In this document: positions 1 through 9,657 of the stretch, in pieces | How positions within the stretch are numbered: position 1 is the first letter of the stretch | Layout of the letters: the number at the start of each line of letters is the position of its first letter | Virus record (IMG/VR): IMGVR_UViG_3300013902_000267 | DNA: 64,000 nt | From: a virus | Lineage: Duplodnaviria > Heunggongvirae > Uroviricota > Caudoviricetes | Reading direction: 5' to 3' (one strand) | The notes under the pieces: model-generated | Told to the model about the DNA's origin: nothing | The model's database searches: none | What the model saw: only the letters and a program-made list of their open reading frames with translations | Made by a program: the position numbers and the translations under genes

Positions 1-32
1 TATATATAAGATAGTAAGCTTATAGATTTTAT

Positions 33-103
33 TGGGATATAATGTAATGGTAACATGGAATACTCTGAATGTTCTCTTACTGGTTCGAATCCGGTTATCC
101 CAA
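33..103 (+). tRNA. tRNA-Gln (anticodon CUG)
   Basis: Hand-folded cloverleaf: acceptor TGGGATA/TATCCCA, D stem ATGT/ACAT, anticodon stem GAATA/TGTTC with loop CTCTGAA (U33, CUG, A37), T arm ACTGG-TTCGAAT-CCGGT. Confidence 0.8.
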
Positions 104-222
104 CATATTCGTAATTTTTATTTTTTATTTTTTTTATTTTTAAAGGATTTATACATAAAGAGAAAAGGTTAATAAGATTTATTTCTTATTAACCTTTATT
201 ATTTTATTTCTTAAAATAAATA

Positions 223-846
223 TTAATCTTCATCATCCCAATAATCATAATATTCATTTGGATCATAATTTAATTCTTTATCTTCCTTAAAATTATCAAT
301 CACCTTAGAATTTTCAACAAATTCTTTTACTTTTTCTATAATATCTGCATCGTTAATCATTATTTCTTGAGTGCCATCTGTTAACATTAAACCATCAATA
401 TTTATTTTATCGATTTTACATTCAGTTTCATCTGGATCATCAGGTTGATCATAATCATGTGAACGCATACCTGGCGTATAATCAACCCAACAATCAATGT
501 CTGCATTAAATGCTAAACTTACGCCATAATCTTCCATTGAACGTGTTAATATTGTTGCTGTTTCATTCTTTGGATCAACATCTGGTATAATATTACACAT
601 TAAACAATCGTCATCTTGATCATATTGCTCTATATATCCATTATCATTAAGAAGATCCATAATTAATGAATTAATTAATTCTTGTGGAAGTGATTCCATA
701 TCAGAAAGATCAATATCTCCATTTTCATCATAATACTTTGGATCAATATTAGATGATGTTATTATACCTTCATTAAGTGATTTCTTAAGTGCTGAAGCAA
801 TACCATTTACTAATGATTCATATAATGCTTTATTTTGTTTCTTCAT
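223..846 (-). CDS. acidic hypothetical protein with shared N-terminal leader motif (LYES..KK.LNE)
   Basis: Track ORF of 207 aa, very D/E-rich. Its N-terminal ~28 aa resemble those of the sigma factor (59148-60137) and the lysozyme (62683-63897). Confidence 0.6.
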   Translation of the reverse strand: MKKQNKALYESLVNGIASALKKSLNEGIITSSNIDPKYYDENGDIDLSDMESLPQELINSLIMDLLNDNGYIEQYDQDDDCLMCNIIPDVDPKNETATILTRSMEDYGVSLAFNADIDCWVDYTPGMRSHDYDQPDDPDETECKIDKINIDGLMLTDGTQEIMINDADIIEKVKEFVENSKVIDNFKEDKELNYDPNEYYDYWDDED

Positions 847-942
847 AATTTCTATTAAATGCTAAATTATTTTTTATATTTATCATTTTTAAAACTATTT
901 AAAATAATTAATCTATAATAATTAAAATAAAAGGTTTGTTTT

Positions 943-1518
943 ATGAGTACACGTTGTAATTTACAAATACAAGATAATATAGAAGGAGAACATATATTAT
1001 ATCGACACTGTGATGGCATGCCAGATTCTGCAGGTAATGAAATAAAGAATTTCCTTAATGACTATGTAAAGAATACTAATACAACATATAATTATGAAGA
1101 AATTTCTAAAGGTATTATAGAACAGTTAGGATTTGAAGACGAAGGTAAAGTAGCAAAAGATATAAACTATTTTTATGAAATTGTTGTGCATCCAAATACA
1201 ATATTCTATACATGTTGGCATGTACCTGTATTTGGCAATTATGATATTGATAGTTTGGAGGATTATCCTGATTGTGAAGAACTAGAATGTGAGGAATTCA
1301 ATAAGTGTAATATACGAAAAGAAACTATTAATAAATCAACAGATGATATTGTTGATTCTAAAGAACTATTAAAATATGTAGATAGAAGAAATAAATTTCT
1401 TGATGAACTTTTAGATGAAGTTGAATTAAACGGTGGTATATCAAGAGATAAAATTATGAATATGTTAAAAGTAACATATGATCAGGGGTATAATTATAAT
1501 AGAGTAGATAATATTTAA
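943..1518 (+). CDS. hypothetical protein
   Basis: Track ORF of 191 aa; long open frame in a stop-rich AT background. Confidence 0.55.
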   Translation: MSTRCNLQIQDNIEGEHILYRHCDGMPDSAGNEIKNFLNDYVKNTNTTYNYEEISKGIIEQLGFEDEGKVAKDINYFYEIVVHPNTIFYTCWHVPVFGNYDIDSLEDYPDCEELECEEFNKCNIRKETINKSTDDIVDSKELLKYVDRRNKFLDELLDEVELNGGISRDKIMNMLKVTYDQGYNYNRVDNI

Positions 1519-1530
1519 TTTATAATTGTT

Positions 1531-1710
1531 ATGAAAAAATATTTAGAGATTCATTTGAAATATGAATTACCAGAAGATTATGATATTGATATTATAAATG
1601 ATGGTATTGATAATAAAGAAACATGGTCTTATATATTAGATTTAATGACAGATAATGAAAATAGAGAAAGTAAGGATACATGTAAATATACAACAGTTAA
1701 GATATACTAA
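1531..1710 (+). CDS. small hypothetical protein (59 aa)
   Basis: ATG..TAA frame read by hand (MKKYLEIHLKYELPEDYD...). It fills the gap between neighbouring genes and is below the track cutoff. Confidence 0.35.
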   Translation: MKKYLEIHLKYELPEDYDIDIINDGIDNKETWSYILDLMTDNENRESKDTCKYTTVKIY

Positions 1711-1712
1711 AT

Positions 1713-2396
1713 ATGAAACATTACGATTCAATAGATAATATAAAATATAATACTGAATTAGTAGGAGAACAAGTATGGGCATTCAATAAATTAGATGGTC
1801 AGAATTTTTGTGCTAAATATTCTGTAAAGAAAAAGGAATTTACAAATTTTGGTTCAAGAAAATGTATGGTAGATGAGACATCAGAACAATTTGGTGATGC
1901 TGTACGTTATTTTAAATCACATAATTATTCATCTATATTAAGTAATATAGTTGAAAAACATAGAGTAAAGAAAGATATATTTTGTGGTGTTGATGAAATT
2001 ACATTTTTCTTCGAATGGTATGGAGAACATAGTTTTGCAGGATTTCATTCTGAAGAAGATAAAGATAATATGCATCTTGCATTAATTGATGTGTTCATCA
2101 AAAAGAAGGGATATATTGAACCAAAGATATATATGGATCTATTTAGAGATTGTGGAATAGAATTGCCGCAATTAGTTTATACGGGACCATTATCAAATGA
2201 TTTTATTAAAGATATTCAAGAAAATGACTGGACTGAACCAAATTGTAAATTTCCTTATGTAAAGGAAGGTGTTGTAATAAGGAGATCTACTATTTTAAAA
2301 GGACAACGAATGCCTAAAGTAAAAGTTAAAACAAAATGGTGGTTAACTGAATTACATAAAAGATATACAGAAGAAGAATGTAAATTATTAGAGTAA
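1713..2396 (+). CDS. ATP-dependent RNA ligase-like nucleotidyltransferase
   Basis: Ligase motifs in order: NKLDGQN (KxDG), FFFEWYGEHS, KEGVVIRR, PKVKVKTKWW. Confidence 0.65.
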   Translation: MKHYDSIDNIKYNTELVGEQVWAFNKLDGQNFCAKYSVKKKEFTNFGSRKCMVDETSEQFGDAVRYFKSHNYSSILSNIVEKHRVKKDIFCGVDEITFFFEWYGEHSFAGFHSEEDKDNMHLALIDVFIKKKGYIEPKIYMDLFRDCGIELPQLVYTGPLSNDFIKDIQENDWTEPNCKFPYVKEGVVIRRSTILKGQRMPKVKVKTKWWLTELHKRYTEEECKLLE

Positions 2397-2398
2397 TT

Positions 2399-2851
2399 AT
2401 GACAACAGGTGAATTAGACGAAATTGTAAAAGATATTATTAATATTTTTGGTAAACATATAAAGCTTGCAAGTTTATCAGAAAAATCATATGCAACAGGA
2501 CATGAAAATTATTATGATATAGTGTTTGAGAATACTACATCATTTACTTCACGAATGTTCGGTTATCAATATAGAAAGTTCCTTAATAATCTTGCAAGTT
2601 TAACTAATGGTGAAACAAGAAAAACAAATTCATATAAAGGATTTGTATATTATTGGTTTCCTGGATTTATTTACAAGAAAAATAATTTAAGAATTGAATT
2701 TGGAAGGAAAGGTTGGAATAGACATAGTGGTGATGATTCAACTACATGTTTTTATATGACGACTAATAACAAATATATTATTGAAGAAATTGTTAATAAT
2801 ATATTAAGAGATAGAGATATACGTATTTTAAAGAAGAATGATTATGAATAA
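2399..2851 (+). CDS. hypothetical protein
   Basis: Track ORF of 150 aa, translationally coupled to its neighbours. Confidence 0.5.
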   Translation: MTTGELDEIVKDIINIFGKHIKLASLSEKSYATGHENYYDIVFENTTSFTSRMFGYQYRKFLNNLASLTNGETRKTNSYKGFVYYWFPGFIYKKNNLRIEFGRKGWNRHSGDDSTTCFYMTTNNKYIIEEIVNNILRDRDIRILKKNDYE

Positions 2852-3491
2852 TAAACCAACATTAGTTGTTCCAAAAGGCAGACTATATAAAGGAATTAAA
2901 CATATGTTTAATTTATGTAATATTGATATGCCTGATGAGAATACTAGACAATATTATTTCCCTGATTGGAGTGATGATTGTGCATTATTTATAGCAAAAC
3001 CTAAAGCAATACCAGAATTAATTGCAAGTAAATTCTGTGAATTCAGTATGTGCGGATATGATATTATAAAGAATAGTGAATATGAAAATGATATAGAGCT
3101 CATTAAACACACAGGACTAAATAGAGTAAAAGTATGTTTAGCTTCACGATATAATATTGATGAATTGTGTCATATGAATAAACCAGTTATTTGTGCCACA
3201 GAATTTGATGTGTTAGCAAATCATTATTTTACAAAATTAGGAATTCCACATTATATATTAAATACAGCAGGTTCAACAGAAGGATATATTGATATTGGTG
3301 CAGATTGTATTATTGATGTTGTAGAAACAGGGAAAACACTTAAAGAAAATAATATTAATATATTAGATACACTGATTGATACTGATACATGTATATTTGA
3401 ACATGCATCATTAATGGATGCAATGTTACCATCAAATATACAAATAATTTATGATCAATGGATTAATAAGACATGGGAAACGAGAATGTAA
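2838..3491 (+). CDS. hisG: ATP phosphoribosyltransferase (HisG short form)-like
   Basis: N-terminal LVVPKGRL and C-terminal IDIGADCIIDVVETGKTLKENNI match HisG signature regions; length 217 aa. Confidence 0.6.
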   Translation: MIMNNKPTLVVPKGRLYKGIKHMFNLCNIDMPDENTRQYYFPDWSDDCALFIAKPKAIPELIASKFCEFSMCGYDIIKNSEYENDIELIKHTGLNRVKVCLASRYNIDELCHMNKPVICATEFDVLANHYFTKLGIPHYILNTAGSTEGYIDIGADCIIDVVETGKTLKENNINILDTLIDTDTCIFEHASLMDAMLPSNIQIIYDQWINKTWETRM

Positions 3492-3934
3492 AATATATAG
3501 TAGAATTTGATGGTAATGATGGCACAGGAAAAACTTATACGATAAAAGTATTATCAAAAGTTTTTTCTAACTGTATTTTTATAGATAGAGGATTATTCAG
3601 TAAAGCAACATTGCTATCAGACGAAAATGATGAAATGTATAAGTATATTGATGATAATATTGATATGAATAGAATTTATATTATATTGGATGATTATCCA
3701 GAACATTGTCAAATGCTTATAAAAAGAAGAGGAGATTCTATTGAAGAGAAATATCATACAATAGAAGATTTAGAGTATTATCGTAAACAATTTACAAACT
3801 TATATGGTTATTGTTGTAAAAAGAATTATGATAATGTTTATTTAGTTACACGATTATTACCAGATCATGTTCAGGTAATGATTGATATTATTAAGAAATT
3901 TACTAATTTTAATAAGGAAAATAATAATGAGTAA
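3473..3934 (+). CDS. P-loop nucleotide kinase (dNMP/thymidylate kinase-like)
   Basis: VEFDGNDGTGKTY resembles the ExxDGxGKsT P-loop of dTMP kinase-type enzymes. Confidence 0.5.
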   Translation: MGNENVKYIVEFDGNDGTGKTYTIKVLSKVFSNCIFIDRGLFSKATLLSDENDEMYKYIDDNIDMNRIYIILDDYPEHCQMLIKRRGDSIEEKYHTIEDLEYYRKQFTNLYGYCCKKNYDNVYLVTRLLPDHVQVMIDIIKKFTNFNKENNNE

Positions 3935-4577
3935 AATAATTATTGGTACCAGTAATCCAGGTAAGATTAGAGAAATTGCATCTATTCTTTCACCATTAGG
4001 ATATGAGATTGAACCGCATGCATTGGATGTTGATGAAACAGGAAAGACTATTAAAGATAATGCTATTATAAAAGCAAAAGCATATAGTAATGTATTTCCA
4101 GATACTTATGTTATTGCAGAAGATAGTGGATTAGTCGTTCCTAAATTGAATAATCTTCCTGGTCCGTATTCAGCAAGATTTCATGAAATTACAATAGATG
4201 ATAATTTGAATGTTATAAATGTTCCACATGAAGAATTTACTACGGATAAATCTGAACATGATAAACTTAATAATGAGAAGTTGTTGAAGTATATTAAAGA
4301 TATTCCGTTTGATGAGCGTGCAGCATATTTTGAAGTATGTTTTGTCATTGCAAAGAATGGAATTATTCAAGAAACATTTAGTGGTTATTCATATGGTTAT
4401 ATAGCAGATGAATTACGTGGAACAAATGGATTTGGTTATGATCCATTGTTTATTGGTGAGAATACATTTGGTAAGACATATGCAGAACTAGATTCTGCAA
4501 GAAAGAATTTAAAGAGTCACAGAAAGCAAGCATTGAAACAATTGGGCCTTTGGGTTTCACAGAATATAGAGAATTAA
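3927..4577 (+). CDS. rdgB: dITP/XTP pyrophosphatase (RdgB/HAM1 family)
   Basis: IIIGTSNPGKIREI, EDSGLVVPKLNNLPGPYSAR and GFGYDPLF motifs. Start placed at the internal ATG (MSKIIIG) of track ORF 3882-4577. Confidence 0.75.
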   Translation: MSKIIIGTSNPGKIREIASILSPLGYEIEPHALDVDETGKTIKDNAIIKAKAYSNVFPDTYVIAEDSGLVVPKLNNLPGPYSARFHEITIDDNLNVINVPHEEFTTDKSEHDKLNNEKLLKYIKDIPFDERAAYFEVCFVIAKNGIIQETFSGYSYGYIADELRGTNGFGYDPLFIGENTFGKTYAELDSARKNLKSHRKQALKQLGLWVSQNIEN

Positions 4578-4583
4578 TAATAT

Positions 4584-5075
4584 ATGAAGAAATTTATTTT
4601 TCCAGGTTCATTTGATCCTTTTACAAATGGGCATAAAGCAATAGTAGATCAGACATATAAATTGTGTGATGAATTTATTATAGCATTAGCGACAAACTTA
4701 AAGAAAGGAGAAGGACTTATTAAACGTCCTGAGCGTATTAAGTTAATTAAAGAGATTTTTAAAGATTATCCGAATGTAAAGGTAATTGATATGACAGATA
4801 CCTTGATTTCTGATTATTGTAAAAAGAATGGAGTTTCTTATATTGTTAGAGGTATCAGAAATTCGGAAGACTTTACATATGAAAAATCATTGGCAGCTAC
4901 TAACCATTATTTGGCAGGTGTAGAAACAATGTTGGTAATGGGTTTTTGCGAACCATATAATATTGATATTTCATCTACATTCGTTAGAGAATTGGTACAT
5001 TATAAATTACCTATTGGTGAGTTTGTTCCACCAGTTGTTGAACAATATATTAAAGATAATAATTTAACATGGTAA
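4584..5075 (+). CDS. coaD: phosphopantetheine adenylyltransferase (CoaD-like cytidylyltransferase fold)
   Basis: FPGSFDPFTNGH, VRGIRNSEDFTYE and ISSTFVRELV align with PPAT motifs; length 163 aa. Confidence 0.7.
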   Translation: MKKFIFPGSFDPFTNGHKAIVDQTYKLCDEFIIALATNLKKGEGLIKRPERIKLIKEIFKDYPNVKVIDMTDTLISDYCKKNGVSYIVRGIRNSEDFTYEKSLAATNHYLAGVETMLVMGFCEPYNIDISSTFVRELVHYKLPIGEFVPPVVEQYIKDNNLTW

Positions 5076-5938
5076 ATAAGATTCAAGAAGAAGATTTAAA
5101 AGCAGTTGAGTATTGTAAAACTGTATTATATCCTAAATGGAATATCAAAGATTTGTATTCTATAGATTTTGATACATTTAGAAAAATGCCGTTGGTTGTA
5201 GAAGGTGAAAGTAAAGAGATACGTGCATTGGATGATGATTATTGTATCATTTATTTTAAACCTACAATTTATTCATTTACATATAATAGAACTGGTATTG
5301 TAGAAGGAAGTAATATTCCACGTGTTCATGTAAGTAAAGTATTGTGTGAGTTACTTAAAGAAAATGGTATTAAACATGCATATCTAGATTATGGTGATGA
5401 ATTTGTATTAGCACGCATAATTAAAGATACACCTAATATTGAAGTTGTTGTAAAAGCAAATCATACAGGTACAAGTAAACATAGATATTTTGGTATGGGT
5501 AAATCACATGTAAGAATGTCACATCCATATTATTCGGGAATGAAAATTAAAGACATGGAACCATATCCAGCACCTATTGTAAGATTTGATTGGCGAAATC
5601 CATTTTGGGAACCAAATACACATAAGATGTTAGCTGATGAAGTTATGTGCGATGATCAAGCAGATTATTATATTGATGTTAAGAAAGCAAAGAAAACTGC
5701 AGCACTAACATTCAGTGTATTAAGTGATTTTCTTGCAAGTAAAGATATTGTTATTTATGATTTGTGTTTGTTTATATCAGAAGATGGTGAAACAGTATAT
5801 GGAGAAATTTCACCAGATTGTGGAAGATATAGACATTATGATTTAGGAAGTCTTGATAAGGATGTATGGCGTGCAGGAGGTTCATCAGATCAGGTATTGG
5901 AGAAGTGGAATTTACTGTATAAAATGATTACACAATAA
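5069..5938 (+). CDS. SAICAR synthetase (PurC)-like ATP-grasp-type ligase
   Basis: EGESKEIR near the N-terminus and GEISPDCGRYRH resemble the PurC GKxK and (D/E)xxPDxxR motifs; weak, made by eye. Confidence 0.45.
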   Translation: MVNKIQEEDLKAVEYCKTVLYPKWNIKDLYSIDFDTFRKMPLVVEGESKEIRALDDDYCIIYFKPTIYSFTYNRTGIVEGSNIPRVHVSKVLCELLKENGIKHAYLDYGDEFVLARIIKDTPNIEVVVKANHTGTSKHRYFGMGKSHVRMSHPYYSGMKIKDMEPYPAPIVRFDWRNPFWEPNTHKMLADEVMCDDQADYYIDVKKAKKTAALTFSVLSDFLASKDIVIYDLCLFISEDGETVYGEISPDCGRYRHYDLGSLDKDVWRAGGSSDQVLEKWNLLYKMITQ

Positions 5939-5940
5939 TT

Positions 5941-6177
5941 ATGAGAAAATACGAATGTGAGATTGAAGATTATCATGGACATTTCTTTCACCATCGGTTT
6001 GAAGCAAACGATGATAATGAAGCGTTGGATAAAGCAAATGACCATGGTTATAGATATTATGCTAATGATGATACTTTATATTATGTAGAAGGAGATTATG
6101 TTGATTATAGTAATATAAGTACAGATCATTATAAAGAGAATATAAAGAAGTACCATCAAATATGGACTTCAATTTAA
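5941..6177 (+). CDS. hypothetical protein
   Basis: Track ORF of 78 aa. Confidence 0.5.
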   Translation: MRKYECEIEDYHGHFFHHRFEANDDNEALDKANDHGYRYYANDDTLYYVEGDYVDYSNISTDHYKENIKKYHQIWTSI

Positions 6178-6189
6178 ATAGTATATTTA

Positions 6190-6225
6190 AAAGTCACTAA
6201 AATAAAAACTTTAGTGACTTTTTCT
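6190..6225 (+). terminator. rho-independent terminator
   Basis: AAAGTCACTAAA / TTTAGTGACTTT 12-bp hairpin followed by a T run. Confidence 0.6.
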
Positions 6226-6263
6226 ATTATTATATATGAATTATAATTTAAACTATAAGATAA

Positions 6264-6647
6264 ATGAATTTAATTACAAATATAAAGAAATCATACAAAC
6301 ATATACCATATACATTTAAACATTGGAAGATGGTATTGAAATTAGAGAAGAAATATATAGGCTATTATAAATATCCTTTTCATGATTTAGATAAATTGTT
6401 CATGTATATATTCTTCCCTTATTTAGGAACAAAGATAATTCAGAAAATTCATACAAAGTTTGCTAATCATCATTTACGTAAATATAAGAAACATATGAAT
6501 TTTGATGAAGCTATTCTTGATTGGGAATCTGCAAGGTTTACAAAACCTGATAAACCATTGGATGCGTGGGATACATATCAAAAATATTTTACGGAATTTT
6601 CAAATGAACTTTTACCTATATTTGAAAAATTTAACTTGAAACATTAA
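6264..6647 (+). CDS. hypothetical protein
   Basis: Track ORF of 127 aa. Confidence 0.5.
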   Translation: MNLITNIKKSYKHIPYTFKHWKMVLKLEKKYIGYYKYPFHDLDKLFMYIFFPYLGTKIIQKIHTKFANHHLRKYKKHMNFDEAILDWESARFTKPDKPLDAWDTYQKYFTEFSNELLPIFEKFNLKH

Positions 6648-6869
6648 AGACTTTATTTATATACGTTTATATAAAATACATAATGATTTTGTTTTAGAAG
6701 AACATTTATAAAAACTGTTTTAATAATTAGTGTAAAAGTGAGCACACAGAAAAAGAGAATTATGATAATTTCTGTAGAGCATGGATCAATACCAGCATTA
6801 TATAATGTACAGTTTATAGCAACGAATGTTCGAAATTTAAATTAACTATATGTCTAACATTCTTAATTT

Positions 6870-6939
6870 TTATTATTGGTAATAAGTGGCAAAACATGCT
6901 AGGAATAGTAAGTTATCGGTTCGAACCCGATATAATAAA
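6870..6939 (+). other. tRNA-like fragment (T arm plus acceptor only)
   Basis: ATCGG-TTCGAAC-CCGAT T arm and TTATTAT/ATAATAA acceptor pairing are present, but no acceptable D or anticodon arm could be folded. Confidence 0.25.
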
Positions 6940-7154
6940 GATAGAAAATGGATGATAGTTAATGATGCTAGATATAACGCTTATTATAGAAGTATTATAG
7001 GATTTGATTGAAGTGTGGATGTTTATTATACCTGTTCTATTTTTTAATAAAACAAATGTCCCTATAGATTGAAACATGGATTGAGATGAATATAATATGA
7101 TGTAATTTTAAGTTTGTTATATTTAGCATTAATTTTTTAATAAGAATTATTAAT

Positions 7155-7598
7155 ATGTATATGTTACGATTACAAGATTTACCAGATGGTGCAATAGTTC
7201 AATTATACTATAGGTCTTACGAAGAAGGATATGGACGTAGTAAACCAATGTTTAGAACATATATTATATCATTTAATGATAATACTATAATTTTTTCAAA
7301 TGTAGAATCTAAATACGAAGGTAATTTTAGTTTTTATTTAAATCAAACAGCACAATATATACATTTTGATCCAACAGACATAAATAATATTAATAATTTT
7401 GGATTTGATAAAAACTATATTATTGTATATGGAATTTATACATTTGATGATTCTAATAATAAAGTAAAAATGCCATATTCAATGAAAGGCAAGTATAAAA
7501 TGAACATATACAATACAAAATGTATATATCAAGAAGATATATCAAAAATTGCAGGGGATGAAATACAAGCTTACAATAGACGATACAAATATTATTAA
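7155..7598 (+). CDS. hypothetical protein
   Basis: Track ORF of 147 aa. Confidence 0.45.
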   Translation: MYMLRLQDLPDGAIVQLYYRSYEEGYGRSKPMFRTYIISFNDNTIIFSNVESKYEGNFSFYLNQTAQYIHFDPTDINNINNFGFDKNYIIVYGIYTFDDSNNKVKMPYSMKGKYKMNIYNTKCIYQEDISKIAGDEIQAYNRRYKYY

Positions 7599-8109
7599 TA
7601 TAAACATATTACCCGGTGCAAAATTTGAATGTACAATATATAAAGGCAACGGACATTATGAAAGTTCATATGGAACTATTATGAAATGCAATGATAGATT
7701 AGTATTAATGTTGTGTGGACTTTTGTTTTTTGGATATGACTATCATTCTTGGAATAGTATTCATACTTATAATAAAAAACATTATCTGTATTATAATTAT
7801 TATAAGAATGATAACGATAGTATGAAAATAAAAGGTATTGTATGGTATTTAGATTTTGAAAAATATCCAGATAATTTTGGATTGTCTCCAAAATTATTTG
7901 TTGTTACTGATATATGGTTTAATAATATACATATATATAAAAGTAATTATATGTTGAAGAAATACAAACCAAGTTTAAAACCAAATTATATACATGAAGC
8001 AAATGAAAATTGTAAATGTTTTAAATATTGCGGTGGTAGTGTATATTCATCGGAAAAGTTAGAGGAATATGCAGAAGTAATACCTAATAAAAATTATAAT
8101 TATGAATAA
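7549..8109 (+). CDS. hypothetical protein
   Basis: Track ORF of 186 aa; the true start may be a downstream ATG. Confidence 0.45.
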   Translation: MQGMKYKLTIDDTNIININILPGAKFECTIYKGNGHYESSYGTIMKCNDRLVLMLCGLLFFGYDYHSWNSIHTYNKKHYLYYNYYKNDNDSMKIKGIVWYLDFEKYPDNFGLSPKLFVVTDIWFNNIHIYKSNYMLKKYKPSLKPNYIHEANENCKCFKYCGGSVYSSEKLEEYAEVIPNKNYNYE

Positions 8110-9580
8110 TATTAAAGAAAATAATTTTTTCATTCCTAGAAAAATTGCTGTAGGATTTGTAAAAAGAGCAAATACATATTCAGGAAAGTTATCTTATATT
8201 ACTTATTATGATAATACTAATAAATTACGTAAGGACGTATCTTGGAATGGTTGGAGAGATAAAAATATAGAACCTGTATATACGGATAATATTCCAACAA
8301 CAGGTTTTATTATTAATAAACGTGCAGGAGGCGAAAAATGGGGATGGAACCAAAGAGCAACATATGCGCGTATATATGATCCAAGAGGGTTTGAATTTGA
8401 GATAACTATAGATAATCTTCTTTGGATTCTGGAATATACTAATTCAGAAAACAAGGAATTAAAAGGACAATTTGTATATAGTTGGTATGGAACTGAACTT
8501 GTACTTATGCCTATTGTTTCATCTGATTATGAAGAATCTAAACGTTTATCTGAACAACAATATAATAAAACATCGTTTAAAGAACGCGATTTAATTCCTG
8601 GAACACTTTATAAAATGAAAGGTAAGGAATTAAATGAATTGGTATATATTGGTAAAGTAAAAGTATCTACTGAATTCAATATGTCTTATGTTAATAAATT
8701 AGCATTTGTACCTATACAGGATTCTTGGAAGTTATATTCACATTATGATAAAAATATCAACAGATCTGATTTCTTTATATTTAAAAGTGTTTCGTCTGTT
8801 ATAGCAGAAATGCAACAAAATTATTTTAGTGACGATATTGTAAAAGAATATCTACATAGATTTGATATGTGCGCGTATTCATATAATTTCTGGAATAATT
8901 TTGGTAATTTCATTGATAAATTTGTTTCTGACCATCCATGTATAATGAATGATTATAAAAAACCATATAAGATAGAATATAATAGATATAGCACAGAGAA
9001 GAATAATTATAATAATATTATTGATAAATTCGAATATAATGGTATAAAGTTAGATTCATTAAGAATTATTCCTGAATGGTTAATCCAAACAGACAGAGAA
9101 CACATATTTTATGAAAATACAAGTGTATTAAAATCAGTTATATCCGATGATGGTAAATCCGTATTGATAAAAGATCAATATCCTACTATAGAAAAGATTA
9201 ATACATTTAATAGGATTGTATATAAACGAATGTATGATTTCATGAATATTGATTTAAATACAAATACATTTAATAAAATATGTGATCCCGGATTGTGGGA
9301 TGAATATAGAGGTCATCATTCTTGCGAAGTATCAAATATTATATATAAGCATCCATCAGAAACTACAGATGTTCAGAAAGCAAGAGAAATTAATACTCAG
9401 GTTTCATTAAATGATAACAGAACATTCTTATATTATATAACGAAGGATAATTATATATCTATATCATTACAGGAAATGATACGGAATCATCGTTATATGA
9501 AATTCGGTTTCTCGAATGGTATAGATGAGAATAAATGGGTAACATTAGATGTAATATTGTTACCAAAAAAGATTAAGTAA
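8102..9580 (+). CDS. hypothetical protein (492 aa)
   Basis: Track ORF; long open frame. Confidence 0.55.
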   Translation: MNNIKENNFFIPRKIAVGFVKRANTYSGKLSYITYYDNTNKLRKDVSWNGWRDKNIEPVYTDNIPTTGFIINKRAGGEKWGWNQRATYARIYDPRGFEFEITIDNLLWILEYTNSENKELKGQFVYSWYGTELVLMPIVSSDYEESKRLSEQQYNKTSFKERDLIPGTLYKMKGKELNELVYIGKVKVSTEFNMSYVNKLAFVPIQDSWKLYSHYDKNINRSDFFIFKSVSSVIAEMQQNYFSDDIVKEYLHRFDMCAYSYNFWNNFGNFIDKFVSDHPCIMNDYKKPYKIEYNRYSTEKNNYNNIIDKFEYNGIKLDSLRIIPEWLIQTDREHIFYENTSVLKSVISDDGKSVLIKDQYPTIEKINTFNRIVYKRMYDFMNIDLNTNTFNKICDPGLWDEYRGHHSCEVSNIIYKHPSETTDVQKAREINTQVSLNDNRTFLYYITKDNYISISLQEMIRNHRYMKFGFSNGIDENKWVTLDVILLPKKIK

Positions 9581-9657
9581 TTTTTTTATTTCAAAATAAT
9601 TATGTATCTTTGTATTGTTAATAAACAAAAAGTATAAACAATTAAAAATATATAATT

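Noticed and set aside
4584-5075. CoaD-like gene as the missing NMNAT partner of NAMPT
   Set aside because: The motifs (GSFDPFTNGH, RGIRNSEDFTYE, ISSTFVRE) and the 163-aa length match PPAT better than NadD or archaeal NMNAT. I kept this only as something to test.
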